64,000 nucleotides of DNA, taken from contig CM074818.1 of assembly GCA_037447605.1 (NCBI GenBank), forward strand, positions 310,001 through 374,000, in the 5' to 3' direction. The DNA comes from Zygnema circumcarinatum SAG 698-1b (taxonomy: Eukaryota > Plantae > Zygnematophyceae). The notes under the pieces are model-generated. The model had not been told where the DNA came from, searched no databases, and saw nothing but the letters and a program-made list of their open reading frames with translations. This document shows, piece by piece, positions 23,904-37,718 of this stretch; position 1 is the first letter of the stretch; each line of letters begins with the position of its first letter. The translations under genes and the position numbers were made by a program.

Positions 23904-26900
23904 ATGGGAGAGGGAGAGATGGAGAGGGATGGGGAAGGAGAGGGGGAGGAGGAGAGGGAGAGGGAGGAGATGATGGAGGGGGAGAGGGAGAGGGAGAGGG
24001 AGGAGGAGATGGAGGGGGAGAGGGAGAGGGAGAGGGAGGTAGAGATGGGGAGGGAGGGGGAGCGAGAGGTGGAGGAGGGGAAGAGGGAGTGGGGGGGGAG
24101 AGAGTGTGAGGGAGAGGGAATCGGAGGAGGATGGGGAGGAGGCGAGAGAGGTGGAGAAGGGGGTAGAGGAGGGTGGAGTGGAGAGGGTACCGGAGGCGAG
24201 GGAGATAGTGAGAGAGGAGGGAGGAGGGAGAGAGAGGGTGTTGGAGGCGGAGAGGGAGGAGGAGGAGAGTGAATGTAATGATGAGGTGGAGGAGGATGTG
24301 AAAAAGGGTGAAGCGAAGGAGGAGGGAGAGGGTTTGGTGGAAGGGAATGCTGAGATGGACATGGAGAGGGAGAGGGAGGCGGAGCCGGAAATTGAGGAGG
24401 ATGAGAATGAGAAGAGGATGGAGGATGGAGAGAGGGAGCAGGAGAGGGAGAGCGAGGTGGAGAAGGAGGAAGGTGAAGGAATGGAGAGAGAGGGGGAGAA
24501 GGACATGGAGGCGGGGAGGGAGAGTGAGAAGCAGGGGACGAGTGACGAGAATATGGAAATTGAGCAGGAGAGATGGGTGGAGATGGAAGGGGAGGAAAAG
24601 GAGAGGGAGAGGGAGAGGGGTGCGGAGAGGGCGCTGGATGCGGAAGCAGAAAAACAGCAGGAGGAGCGAGAGAGTGAGCTGGTTGTAGAGGAGGAGAGGG
24701 AGAGGGAGAGGGAGAGGGAGAGGGAGAGGAAACGAGAGCTTCAGGCGAAGTTGGAAGAGGAGCAGAACGAGAGAGAAGAGATAGTGGCGATGAGAGACGG
24801 GGAAGGACAGAGGGAGAGGGAGGAGAAGCAAGAGCGGCAGGAGGCGGTAGAGGTAGCGGAGATTGTAGAAGAGAAAAAAGCGTGGGAGAGCGTAGAGCAG
24901 ACAGAGAGTGATAGGGGGAGGAATGTGGAGAAGGTGGTGGAAGAGGGAACGGAGATGAAGGGAGTGGGAGAGAAGGAGAGGGAGAGGGAGAGGGAGAGGG
25001 AAGGGGAGCTAGAAATGGAGGTGGAAGAGGGGAAGGAGACGGACCGCGTGGGGGGGGGTGAGAGTGAGAGAGGAACAGGGGTGGAAGAGACAGTGGAGAT
25101 GGAAAAGGAGAGGGAGAGTATGGGAGAGATGGAGAGTGAGAAGGTGGAAATGGAGGTCGATGGAGAGGAGAGGGAGAGCATTAGGGAGATTGAGAGGGAG
25201 AGAGTGAGAGAGAAGGAAAAGGAGGAGTGGGCGAGCGTGGGAGAGGTGGAGTGGGAGAGGGAGAGGAAGGTGGAGGTGAAGATAGTGGAAGGAAAGGCGA
25301 GGGAGGGAGTGGGGCAGCAGGTGTGTAAAGATGAGAGGGAAAGGGATGAAGGAAGAGAAATAATGGAGAAAATATATGAGGGAAGGGAGGTGAAAGTGAA
25401 ACAGGAGGAAGGAGGAAGAGAGGAGGAGAGGGAGCGGGAGATGGATTTTGAAAAAATGGAAATGGGGAGAAAGGAGGAGAGGGAAAGGCAGTTGGAAAGT
25501 GAGGAAGAGGAAAGGGAGGGGAAGAAGGCGACTCAGGAGAGGGAGGGAGAAAGTGAGAGAAAAAAGGAGCCGGAGAAGGAGATGGTGGACGAAATGTGGG
25601 TTACGGAGGGAGTGCACAAGGAGGAGGAATCGAAGGAGAGGGACGGCGAGAGGGAGGGAGAGAGGGAGATTGGCAGAATCAAGCAAGAGAGAGAGGTGCA
25701 AGCAACAGAGAGAGGAAGCAGCAAGCGCCTCTCTCCCTCAATTCAGAAATCTAAAAGTACTGAGTCAAAAAGTTTTCAGACAAAAACCTTCCAGGCAAAA
25801 ACTATTGAGACAAAAAGTACTGAGACAAACACAATTGAGGCAGAAAGTGAAAAAATGGCAGTGCTGAAAGGTGCCCTGTTCGGAAAATATATGGAGAAAG
25901 AAATTTCTGCGGATTCGGAGAAGCTCATGTATGTGTTGGTTCGGCAAAAGGAGGAGGTGAAGAAGCAAATGGAGGAGCTGCAGGCAGTTGTTATGAGGCA
26001 GGAGGCGCTGACTGGGAGCAACCCCCTGCAGGAGGACATGGTTAGTGAAGAATAGAGCTAATGAATGAATTGATCGGTGAATGAAGAGATAAGGATACAA
26101 TGGACATGAAGTGATGATGATGATGATGAAGTGAAAAGAAGTGGGGTTTATGGTTGAGGAAGTAGTGCGTGGGGTCTCTTTTGTGAATCTTACTGGGAAG
26201 ATTGCGAGTGTGAGTGTGTTTTCTGTGTGTGTGAGAGAGAGAGGAGGGGATGACAAAACAGTGGGAGAGGTAGAGAGGAGTAAGGAGAAAGTAGGGAGTG
26301 GCGAGTAGGAAGGAATGGAATGTGACAGTAAGGAGAATGAAACAGTGAAGCAAGAAATCTGAGGGAGAGGGGGGGGATAGAGAGAAAAGAGAGGGAGAGA
26401 GAACGAAAGAAAGGGGGTGGACGGGAGAGTGGGGGGGCGTGAGGGAGGAGGAGAGAGGGAGGGAGAGCGAGAGAATGAGAGAGTGGGAGAGGAGGGTGGA
26501 AGGGAGAGAGGGGGAGAGAGTGAAAGGAAAAGACCGAGTGAGAGGAGGGGAGAGAGGGAAAGGGAGGGAGAGAGTGGGGCAGAGAGGGAAACGAAGGGAG
26601 AGAGAGAGAGAGGGGAAGGGGAGGGAGGAAGGGAGTAGGAAGAGGGAAGGGGGAAAGGGAGATAGAACACAGAACCACGTTTTCATCCCTTTTTTAGTAT
26701 CTTTCTCTTTTAAAAGCATTTTCCTGTCACGTTTGGGCTGTGCAGGTCGCAGAAATTTTTGGCTGGAAAGGAGGTGCGTCTCCTCTCCTTGCTGCATTCA
26801 AACCCTGATTCTAGTTTTGTTTAAATGTTTGAAAAATCTTCATTTCATCGAAATTTGGAGGGCACAGCTTACTGTCCGAGTTTATCTACTTGCTCTCGTT

Positions 26901-27917
26901 TTGAAACCATAAATAACCTTGTTTTATCGTCAATATATTTAACCTTTTCTGTGTGGTTGGAGGCTTTAGGTTTGAAGCGGAAAACTGATTCCTTGCCGGC
27001 TGATGTCTCGCACTCCCTTCGAGAAATTTTCTCTTTGAAAGATCACTTCACAAAAACAGAAGCGAGAGACATCGCCAATCTTGTTGGCGCTACTCCGTCG
27101 CAGGTGAGAGAGAGAGAGTGAGAGAGAGTGAGAGAGAGAGGGAGAGAGAGAGAAAGTGAGTGTAGTCCTCTCTCTCTATTTCTCCCTCTCTTCCCCTTTC
27201 TCCATATGTGTTATTGCAAATGTATTCATATTGAAGGCAATATAATTGTTAATGAGTATATTTTGGGATGGTTTGATAAGAATTTCCGCGGATCAAATTT
27301 TGCAGGTGAAGAACTTTATAGCGGAGCAACGACAAAGAGTGAGAGAGGTTTTGTATAGAGCTCAGGAGGAGGCCTCCCGTACGCTGCAGGGAGAGCCTGC
27401 GGGAGGGAAGCGAGGGAGGGAGAGAGAGGGAGGAGGGAGCAGAGAGGGTGGAAGTAGAGAGGGAGGAGGGAGAGAGGAAGCCATGGCCTTATTGAGAGCT
27501 AAAATACAGCAAATCGAGCGTTCTGGTGAAGGCATTGTAGGGCAAGAGTCTGCTCCCAAACTCTTAGAACTTTTGCGAAGGGAAAAATCCGTTGCAGGGA
27601 GAAGCCTCCTTTTGCAAGTTGTGAAGAAGACGAGAGATCTGCAGGCTCTGCGAAGGTAGGGAAGAAAAGGATTTAGGGTTTTTTCTAAAAAAATCAGACA
27701 GAAGATAATGGCTTCCTCTTTCCCCCTCTATCCGTCTCTTTGATGCTGAAGGAGTGTTCGTGGTTCGCCTTCTCTCCATCTCACTCTGATCTCTGCTCTC
27801 TGCTCTGCCCTGCTTCTCTCTTTCCCCCATTTTCTCACTCTCTTCCCCACTCCTCCTCCCCCTCCCCCCCTTCCCTCCCCCCCANNNNNNNNNNCTTCTC
27901 CCCCCCTCCCTCCCCCC

Positions 27918-27967
<50 letters not shown>

Positions 27968-29185
27968 TATCTCTCTCTCTCTCTCTCGCTCTGTCGCTCT
28001 CTTTCTGTCTCTCTCTCTCTCATTCTCTCTCTCTCTCTTTCTGGCTTTCTCTCTCGCTCTCTCTCTCTCTGCAGGCTCGTGGAGGGAGGCTCCTACAAGA
28101 TCTTTGGACTATGGCTCGGTCGAGCCATGCAGGAGGAGCAAACAACCCTCCTCCGCACACTCCTGCAGGTGACGTCATTCCTTGCTCTATTTAATTCAAA
28201 TTCAAATTCAAATGTTTTCTTTCAAGGATGTATGCAATGGCATGAAGAGAGGAGAATATTATGATTATGAAATGACAAATTGAAAGTTAGAAAAAAAGTC
28301 GACTAGTGACCTAACAACTTGTAGGGGATTGTGTGGGAGGAGCAATGCAGACTTTCAGTCACTTGCCGGTTAGTCAGTCGATGCTGGCGGAGCTCTCTCT
28401 CGTGGCTAAGGTTGTCAGTGAGCTTCAGTCGTACTTCGTGCCAGGTCTTTCTCTACCTCTCCCTCCCTCTCTCTATCCAACTCTTTCTCTCTCTCTCCCT
28501 GTCTCCCTCTTTTCTCTCTTTGTCTCTCCATCTCCATTTCCATTTTTCCTCGCTCTCCACCTCGTCTCTTCCCCTTTCACCGATCATCTCTCTCCTGTCC
28601 CCCTCCTCGTCGCTCCCCCTTCCCCCCTCTCTATCTCTCTCTCTCACTTTCTCCACCCCTCCCCCTTCTCGCTCTCCCTCCCCCTCGCTCTCTTTCTCCC
28701 TCCCCCCTCACTCCCCCTCGCTCTCTCTCTCCCTCCCCCCCTCACTCCCCCTCCCTCTCTCTCCCTCCCCCCCTCACTCCCCCTCCCTCTCCCTCTCCCT
28801 CTCTGCCGCACTGTAAAGACATTGTCTTCTAGGGTTTCCAGATGTGGGAGTAGAAGCACAGCTTCTTTTGGCTCGTTGGGACAAAGTCTGCCGAGGGAAG
28901 CTTTTACCCTCCTCCTTCAAGAGGACCGTTTCTACAAGTAAGAAAAAATTACCAAACCTTAATAATCTTTAATCCGAAACCCCAATTCTGAACCCTAATC
29001 CTGAACATGGAAATTGTATAAACTTAGAATCCTAAGTCTCCACAATTCTGAACATGTGGGGTTTTTTCTTTTTTCCTCTTTCTTTCTCCCTTCCTAATTT
29101 ATCTGATTGAAATGTTGGTGCAAATTTTTCCCCAGGTGGAGCAGGACTTGCAGGAGCTCAAAAAGGGTGAGCCCTTCTCTCACAT

Positions 29186-29269
<84 letters not shown>

Positions 29270-32200
29270 ATTTGCTATATCATTTGTTTAGGGTTGGAAA
29301 GCGTCTTGTCTGATTGTACTAAATCAATAAAATGATCATTTCTTCTTCTATGGAGATCTGTAGTATTCCGTGACATAAAAAAATTTCCCGCCTTGTTTTA
29401 GCTTCATGTCTTGTCATTGCCATTGTTTTGTTTTGTTTTGTTTTCTTTTTCAATTTCTATTTATTTTCTCCACTTCCATGAACAGAGTGGAGGAGTCAAA
29501 AAACCTTACTATGAAGGCGGAAGTTAAACAGAGGCTGCAAGGTATATGTGTCTCTCACCCTTAGTCCCTCTCTCCCCCTCCCCCTTCTCCCTCTCCCAGT
29601 CTCCCCCTCCCTCCTCGGTCTCTCTCTCTCTCTATCCATCTCGCTTTCCCCCTCTCTTGCGCAATCTCTTTCCCTCTCTGTAGCTCTTTACGTCTACCTC
29701 TCCCCCTTCCCCCTTCTCCTCCCTCCCCATCTGCCCCCTCTCCCCCTCTCTCCCTCTCTCCCCTCTCTGTCATTCTCTCTCCTTTTTTCCTCCCCCTACT
29801 CCCTTTCCGCGCTTACTCTCCCCTTCGCTCCCCTCTTTCTCTCTCCCCCCTCACTCTGTCCCCGTCTCTCTCCCCTTTCTCTCCCCCCCTCTCTCCTCTC
29901 GTCCCTCCCCCTCTCTCGCCCCCCCCTATGCTCAACCTATGGATGCCCTGCTATTGAATATTTCAGGCGATAGTTTTCAACTCGCTTCAAGCAAAGTCCC
30001 ACTTTTGGAAAGCAAAGAAAAATATTTACAGGTATGGACCTAAAATCTCACACATTCACTTTTATTGACATACTCCCTCTCGCTCCATTCTATGGTAGAT
30101 TGACTTCCTGAAAAGGATTTTTTTTTCATGTTGAAGGAAGCAGTTCTGAGTTCTTTTATTTTACTTCTTTTTCAATCTTATTATGGAATGGGGTTAAATT
30201 CTAATTGTCTAAAGTTGACTTTACAGAGTTTGAATGAACGGAGCCAAGAGACCAACCCAACTGCAGAGAGTGCTCCTTCTAGGTGAGTGCGAGGAGGGCG
30301 GGAGGGAGGTAGAGAGAGAGGGAGGGAGGGAGGAGAGCGGGGAGGGAGGGAGGGGGGAAGGGTGGGAGGGAAGGAAGGAGAGAGCGAGAGTCTTTAATTC
30401 TTGGGAAGTGGGAAATGGGGAGAGCGGAGGGAGGGGGAAAGGGGGGGCGGGAGGGAGGGAGGGAGAAAGGGAGGGAGGAGAGGAGAGAGGGAGCGTTCTA
30501 ACTCTTGGGAACCCAGAGAGAGAAAGAGGGAGAGATGGGGAGGGGGGAAGGGGGGAGAGGGTGAGTCCTCGCTCCTTTCTACGAAATTGATGTTTTTTTT
30601 CATCTTCATTCCCTTATGTGATTCTGATTTTTTTTTTTGTTTCTGTATGCTTTGATGATTTCCAGGCTCCTCGAAACTTCAAACAATGACTTGGCAGGCA
30701 AGAAAAGATCAACTTCTTATTTGGGAAATCGTATCTTTTTCAAACATTCTTCAGGAATTTGCTTCTCCATATATTACTGGTTTCTTGCTGTTTGATTCTT
30801 TCAGATCAGCAGATTAAAATGACCCAAATTCGCTCATCCCCCTCTCCCTCTCCTCCGCTCCCCTCCCTTCCCCTCCCCACTCCTCTCCCTCTTCTCCCCT
30901 CCCATCCTCTCCCCTCCCCTCCCTCCCTTCCTCTCCTCCATTTCCCTCCCGAAGCAAGATCCTCTCCTGCATGTCGGAACTCCCAAACCATATCCATAAA
31001 TAGCATGCAAATTTCGAACAAACAAACTATCAACCCTAAAAAAAGACACCTTAACTTAACTTTTCAGACGGAAAACGGTCCAAGATGGTGCTTGTGAATG
31101 AGACTCTCACAAGCCGAAATGACAAAGTAGACGGTGTAGTTGGGAGACGCAATCTCTCCGTTGGAAAGCCTCTCTCTGCGGATGATATAAGGAAGGCAAA
31201 ATTGAGAGAGCAATATCTCGCAGCAGCTCTAAAGCCCAAAATTCAAGCCCTAAAAAGTCAAAGTATGGGTTTTAAAGGTGGAGGAAATGGGGGGTCTGGG
31301 ATGGTAATGGGGCATTTTGCTACCATGTTACACAGGGCTTCTGGAGGGGGCGGTAGTGGGAGTGAGAGTGGGAGTGGGAATGCGCTGCAACAAGGCGGAG
31401 AGGGTCAGTTGAGTGGTAGTATGTTGGGAAAGAGAGAGAGAGAGATTTCAGGGGAAGCTGGAAAGGATCAAATCATGGCTGTGGAGGGAGTGAGAGAGGT
31501 AGGTCAGGTGAAGGCTGAAATAGCGGAGGGAGAGAGAGAGAGGAAAGTGATGAGAGAAGGAGAAGGGCGAGGTGACGATTTGAGGAGAGAGCTTGAGAGA
31601 GGAGTGCAGGAAATAGTGGGTGGAAATGTAAACAGTGCTGACAGAAGTACAGAGAGGTGGCAGAAGATGGTGGGAGAGGAGCAGGAGGAAGAGAGACGAG
31701 AGAGAGGGGAATTTCACAGACTTGCTAGGGAGGACTCAGAAGGTACTCCAGCAGATACTATTGGAGGCCCTTTTCTAGGTGTGGATATATTGGAATCAAA
31801 TGATTCTAGTGAATCAGAATCTTTAGGCGCACAACAAAACCACGAGATGTTATATGTGGAGCCTCCTCATTCAGACTCAGAAAATTCAACGGAAGAAGCG
31901 GAATATCCGTCTCCTTCGACTGCAGTTGAGAACATGGAGCTGCAAGAGGAAGCTGAAGAGAGAGAGGGCTTCAGCCACCTCCCTTCACATAGCAGCTCGG
32001 ATGGTGGGAGGGAGACTCTGCCAGAAAGCCGGGAGATTCCGTGGACACTACCTCCAAGTCAGTCTCTCTCTCTCTCTCTCTCCTCTCTCACTCTCTCCCT
32101 CTCCCCACCAAGCCTCCCCCTCCCCCTTCCCATCCCCTTTCCACTCCCCCTCCCTTCCCCCCTCNNNNNNNNNNCCCTTCCCCTCTGGTCGTTTTTCTTC

Positions 32201-34244
32201 CTGCGCTAATGAGAAGAGGCATTTTCTTCCATAACTATTTTGTCATCATTTTGAAGTACATAAATCCTCACCCTTTTTTTGTTTATTTTTTTCCTTTTCC
32301 TTTTTCAGGTGCGCATCTGCAGGATGAATGGGGTTACGCTGCGGGAGAGGACAGCATGGAACGCTCCGTACAATCCTGTCGGCTAGCGGGAGTGCAGGAA
32401 ATTACATACTTAGAAGATTTAGAAAGCATTCCTCCTTCACCGGATGAGCCCGAGGAAGAAGCGGAGTATGACGATGCGAAAACTCCAGAAATCCCTCTTG
32501 AGTTGGAGGGGAGAGGGGTTTCAGAGGGAGGAGGGAGAGAGGGAGGGAGAGAGGGAGAGGGTTCAAAACCTCTCTCGACAGCTTCAGCTTCAGCCATTGA
32601 GAAATTGGAGACTCTTTTAGGAGTCCCCATATTAGAAAATGTGCACTCCAATTCTACTTTTCAAGGAGCGACTGCGACCGGAAGCTTCCTGGAACCTTCT
32701 CAAGCTTCACAAGTGGTTTCTCCTGCTCCCTCTGTAGGGCTTGGTTTGAGTGTGGGTGTGACACATGTCACGCCTGTTTCTTCAGGAGATGATGCTAATG
32801 CTTCTGTCGATCTGAACCACTTTTCTGTCTTTCTAAGCTACTCAAGTCTTGTTGGAAATCTCACAGTGTGAGGGGCAGAAATACTACCTTTCTTAAACCC
32901 TAATTCTCACCTCACAGCTTTGGGGGTGATGTCATTACCTCCTTTGTTTCTCCTCTCTCTCTTTCTCTCTCACTCCCTAAAGGAATGCTTCAACACGAAG
33001 TTGGGAGTGAGTGACGAACTGTCAGTCAGAGAGAGAGAGAGAGAGAGATAGATGAGTTTTCAGAGCCTTTGAGATTAGGGTTAAGCTGAGAAAAAACTGT
33101 TTTCTTCTTGCAGGAGTATGTGCAGTGGTCTGCTGCTCCCACTCCATCTCCCTCCGGATGGACCCAACAGAGTTTCTCGGCAGAAGGCAACAACCTCCCT
33201 CTCCCTCCCATGGCTTCCTCTCCCACCACTTACTACTCCAACACCAGTTCGGGAATCACAGACCTGCAGGGAAATGTATTTCAGCAGCAAACTGACAATA
33301 GTCAGTCACAGCAATACTTCATGGCAAACCCTAACGGAGTACAACAGTTCCATGTTCAACAGCCTCTCCCTGTCTCTGTCTGGGGAGGATGGCCTCCTCC
33401 TCCTCCTCCTCCTTCTTCATCTTCAGCTGCTGCTTTGGCAGCCATGGTTGGAGCTCAAGGAGGGCTTCAACATCATATTCAACATCAACATCAACATCAA
33501 CATCAACATCAACTTCAACATCAACAGCAGCAGCAGCAGCAGCAGCTTTATATCCAGCAGGTACAGGCACAGCAGCAGCAGCAGGGTGGTGCCTGGATCT
33601 CTGATAGGGGTCAGGAGCTTCTTGACTATGGGCACAGCCTTCAGCAGCAGCAACAGCAGCAGCAGCTTCAAGGCAGCCATGACTCGGGTTCAAGTCAATG
33701 GGGAGGACCTTGGCAGCAAGATTCTACTCATTCTACTACCAGTATTCCGACCACTACCACTACCGCTACAACTATTGCAGTCCAGCATGGAGTCAGCCAT
33801 CAGCAGCAGCAGCAGCAGCAGCACTATCATCTTAATCAGTATCAGCATCAGGCTCTCCCTGCAGTCATGTACTCCACTGAATGGCAGCTTCAGCAAGGAT
33901 TAGGGTTAGGGGTAGGCTTAGCTGCAGCCCCCTTATATGCTGTCCCTACCCAGCAGCTCTCCTCCTTTCCTGCAGCCCTGACCGTAGTAGCAGGAGCTCC
34001 TTCTTCAGGACATGAGGTTTTGAGCTTCCAACCTTTCCAGGCAGAAGCGAGAGGAGCAGGAGAGGGGAGTGCTCAAATGGCAGCAGCAAACTGGCAGGGG
34101 TATTGGCAGGTTTCTGGGCAACCAGGTTTGTTGCAAGAAACTCAGCAGCAGCATCAAACTTTGGTTCAAACTCAGCTGGGGCCGCAGGTGGTGCTCAGTT
34201 TGACTGGGGGGATGATGGAGAGGATGCAGCAATTTCAACAGTAG
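23904..34244 (+). CDS. LD: LUMINIDEPENDENS-like homeobox protein with long Glu/Arg-rich N-terminus and Gln-rich C-terminus
   Basis: [21 protein letters not shown]|VAEIFGWKG|GLKRKTD...[29 protein letters not shown]|[14 protein letters not shown] matches the LD N-terminal homeodomain-like region. Later exons [32 protein letters not shown] (TFIIS-N-like). Final Q-rich exon ~33112-34244. The start and some middle exons are uncertain. Confidence 0.85.
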
Positions 34245-34853
34245 GACAGTTTCAGTTCAGTTCCAGATTCAGTTTTATTTCCACTCACTGCTTTAGTTTT
34301 TAGGGTTTCAGATGCATTTTTGTTTACAGAGGAGTTTTCGTTTCAGTTCCAGTTCTGAGGTGTTGGAATATTTCATGTTGTAAAGATTTATTGTTTTTTC
34401 TTAGAACGGAGGTTTATGAAACAGCTTGCGCTTTGAGTTTGTCTTGGAGACGAACATGCTCAAGTTTGATAACAATATATGGAAATTGCATTTGAAAACT
34501 TACGTATATTTGGCATGGTTAACCAATCGCAGTCACAAGTTTTCCCTTAAAAACACAATGATCATTTAACTCCTCAAAACCTATTCCTGATTTCTGGTTA
34601 CTGGCTTCTAGTTTCTGGTTTCTGGCTACCTTACAACTTGTTCAACCTTCTTCCAAGCTGAAGATACGCCATCACACAGTGACTGTCTGCATGCCTATTA
34701 AAAGATTCCAAACGCAAATTAAGGAGGTTAAAAGGTCACTAAAAGAGAGAGAGATAGCGAGAGAGAGACGGAGAACTACAAAAAGGGGAGTGCCACTTGA
34801 CAACTGTCTCATCCCTTAATCGGGAATCGCAGCCATCTCTGACTCCATTAAAC

Positions 34854-36788
34854 CTAAAAGAGCCATTCCTTCTCAAAGCTGAAGATGGGGCCCTTTCCAC
34901 TTGAATTGACGGGTGCACTCACCACCACCTGCATATTGAATCAGCACAGCAACCCGTGCGTGTAAGACAGAGGGAACGAGCGAGAGAGAGAAAGAGAAGG
35001 GGAGGGAGAGAGAGAGAGAGAGACAGAGACTTTACTGTAGTGCCTGATAGTACTTCCGATGCTAATCGTAATCCTAGTTCAAAGCCTGCTTCCTTCCAGA
35101 CAGAAGCACATGACCGAAGGTCCAGCTACATCTATCACGAAAGTGCAAAAGACAGGCGAAGTCGACCAGACTTACCTTCAATGGACCGCTTTTGCCAATT
35201 GGCGTGTGGAGCTCAAGCTCCGCTCTCTTTGTGAGGTCGGAGTAGGCCACCTTTATGTGCCCATTCGAGACTTTCTGCTTCATGGCTACTCCCCAGGTGT
35301 CAGTTGCAAAGTCGTATGAAGGCTCCAAAGTCGTCTTTCCATCGTAAACGTGCTCAAATTTCACGTGCGGCTTTGTTTTTTGAAGAATCTGCTTCACTAC
35401 AACTTTGTTCCTATAGTCAAGTCCCACTGCCGCCTCCAACGTTGTGGTCGGTCGACCATGGTGATGGTTCAGAGTCAGCTTCACATTCTTTCCAAACACT
35501 TCTGCCGAGCTGTGGAACTGGTAGCGGATCACCTGCAATACAACATCACACCCCACATTATGTTACAAATCCAATAAACTGCATTCCATGTTCGAGTAAG
35601 AATGAAGTTTTTTCACTAACCGACCTGACAGTTTCAGGCTCCTGTAGACGCAGAGAGAAGATAGGAAGACATCCCATAACTTATTGGTTTAAGCAAAGGG
35701 TAAAGCACAAGCAGGTGAATCTAATGACAGTCAACTTCTGAGGATGCATTGGACAAAATACACCTCAACTCCTCAAAACTCTTTTCTGTAATATGCAGAT
35801 GAATGAATGCATATGATGAAATCAAGACCTTAGCAGATGATGCTTCTGCAAAAGGGAACATCAGGCATTGATTAGAAGCAGATGTATCTTGAAAGCTAAA
35901 TAAGAAAAAGCATTGCTTCCGAAAGTCTTATTGCAAAGATCTAAGAGGAGCAAGCCTTTGCACTGGAAACCTTAAGCTCCGATGTGGCAGACAAATGCAA
36001 GTGGATGCCGTCGATGTATACAATGGTAAGTCAGAGAGAGCGAGAGGGAGAGAGAGAGACTCATGCTCGATACAGAAAGTGTGGTCAAGGATTCACGGAG
36101 TCAATGCAAAGCAATTTATAGAAAGTCTACAAAAATAAGCGGTGACGAACATCGACAATATCAATGTCTTTATTCTCACAAGGTCTCAGTACCGACAAAA
36201 GACAAACAAACACGCCAAAAAAAAAGGATGAGTTCCCTCTTGCAAGCTTTAGCTCATGTAAAACATATCCGCCGCACCACTCCCTCCTCCCTCTCCCTCT
36301 CCTTGTCCGTCTCCCGCTTCATCCTCCCTCTCCCTCTCATCTCCGCTCCTCTCCGTACAAGTTTTCACATCAGAAACAAACAAGCAAAATCCAAGCAAGC
36401 TCGACCTTCATTCACAACATCCTCCCGCAACAACAATAGAGCATCAAAAACACTCCAAAAAATCTCCACCGTTGCAGGTCAAAAAAATTCCATCACCAAA
36501 CAGACCACCAGCAAGAGCCTCCTCCTCCAATGCCTGCTGCTCCCACAATACAATATAATACAATGCGACCAGCAGCCGCACCTTCTTCTCCAGCTCATAG
36601 TCAATCATGAAGTGGCCCGGCCTCTCCACACCAAGCTCGACGCCATGGATCTCCTGCAGCGAGCCCGAGCGCACCGTTCTGTCGGAGAAGGTCGCCTTCA
36701 GCTTCACATCGTCCACCCACGCGCCCAAAGTGGTGATCACCTTGTTCTCGCCGCTAGTGTACTTGCTCTTCAGACTCAGCTTCGTCAT
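34854..36788 (-). CDS. OEP24: Chloroplast outer envelope pore protein OEP24
   Basis: Three phase-0 exons 36788-36582, 35532-35176, 34928-34854 give 212 aa. GVERPGHFMIDYELEKK and TTLEPSYDFATDTW match OEP24 motifs; ends FEKEWLF*. Confidence 0.9.
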
Positions 36789-36794
36789 GGCTTC

Positions 36795-36939
<145 letters not shown>

Positions 36940-37718
36940 TTCTCTCTTTCTCCCTCGCTTTTTCTCACTCTCTCTCTCACACACTCTCCCCTTCTCTCTC
37001 CTCTCCCTCCACTCGTCACTCCCTCTCGACCTCTCTCCTTTCCCTAGGGCGCAGCTTTTATCAGTGAGCCATCAGACCACTAGAAACATGCCACGTGTTC
37101 AGTAGCCTACGTGGTGTGTCCCCATTGGAAGACGCTGGCCTGTTGATTTGCAACGAAGGCAAAAATTGACAAAAAAAACTACAGATTTGGCCATTCGAGC
37201 GTCGGTTTACGGATTCAGAGTTCATGTTCATCTTGGTGATCTTGTGGTGGATCCCAAACATAGTTGATCTCCGTGTGGATTATGGGAGAGTGGATCTTTC
37301 TATGGTAGAGGTTCCTACTGTAAATTTGTAGATCCGGATATCAATTGAAATCAAGGATCCAATCTGTATTCATGTTGTGTGCGTGGATCTCGCAATTTGT
37401 TGATATCTTTATGTTTTTTTAAATAGTTGATCTCAACTTTCCGTAGAGAGTCCACTGTAATTTGATCTTGGCCTACAATTTTGTGGATCTGAAGATCAAT
37501 CCAATCCCTGGGCTCCTCTATGTGGCCGAAATTCCGTTCAGCGTTCTATGTGTAAAAAGGAATAAATCATGGTCTGCCACGTCATAGAAATAACAAAATC
37601 TGCAGATTTCTCCGTGCAACGTATTTATCTCAAACTGCGAGCTTAGAGCCTCTCACTGTAAATTTTTTTGAGCTGAGAAGCTTGGCCTAATCCTCTCCGC
37701 CTTCGGAAGAAGGCAGCC

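Noticed and set aside
37260-37510. GATC-dense internally repetitive segment in the OEP24/mS38 spacer
   Set aside because: Only short direct repeats; no defensible element boundaries.
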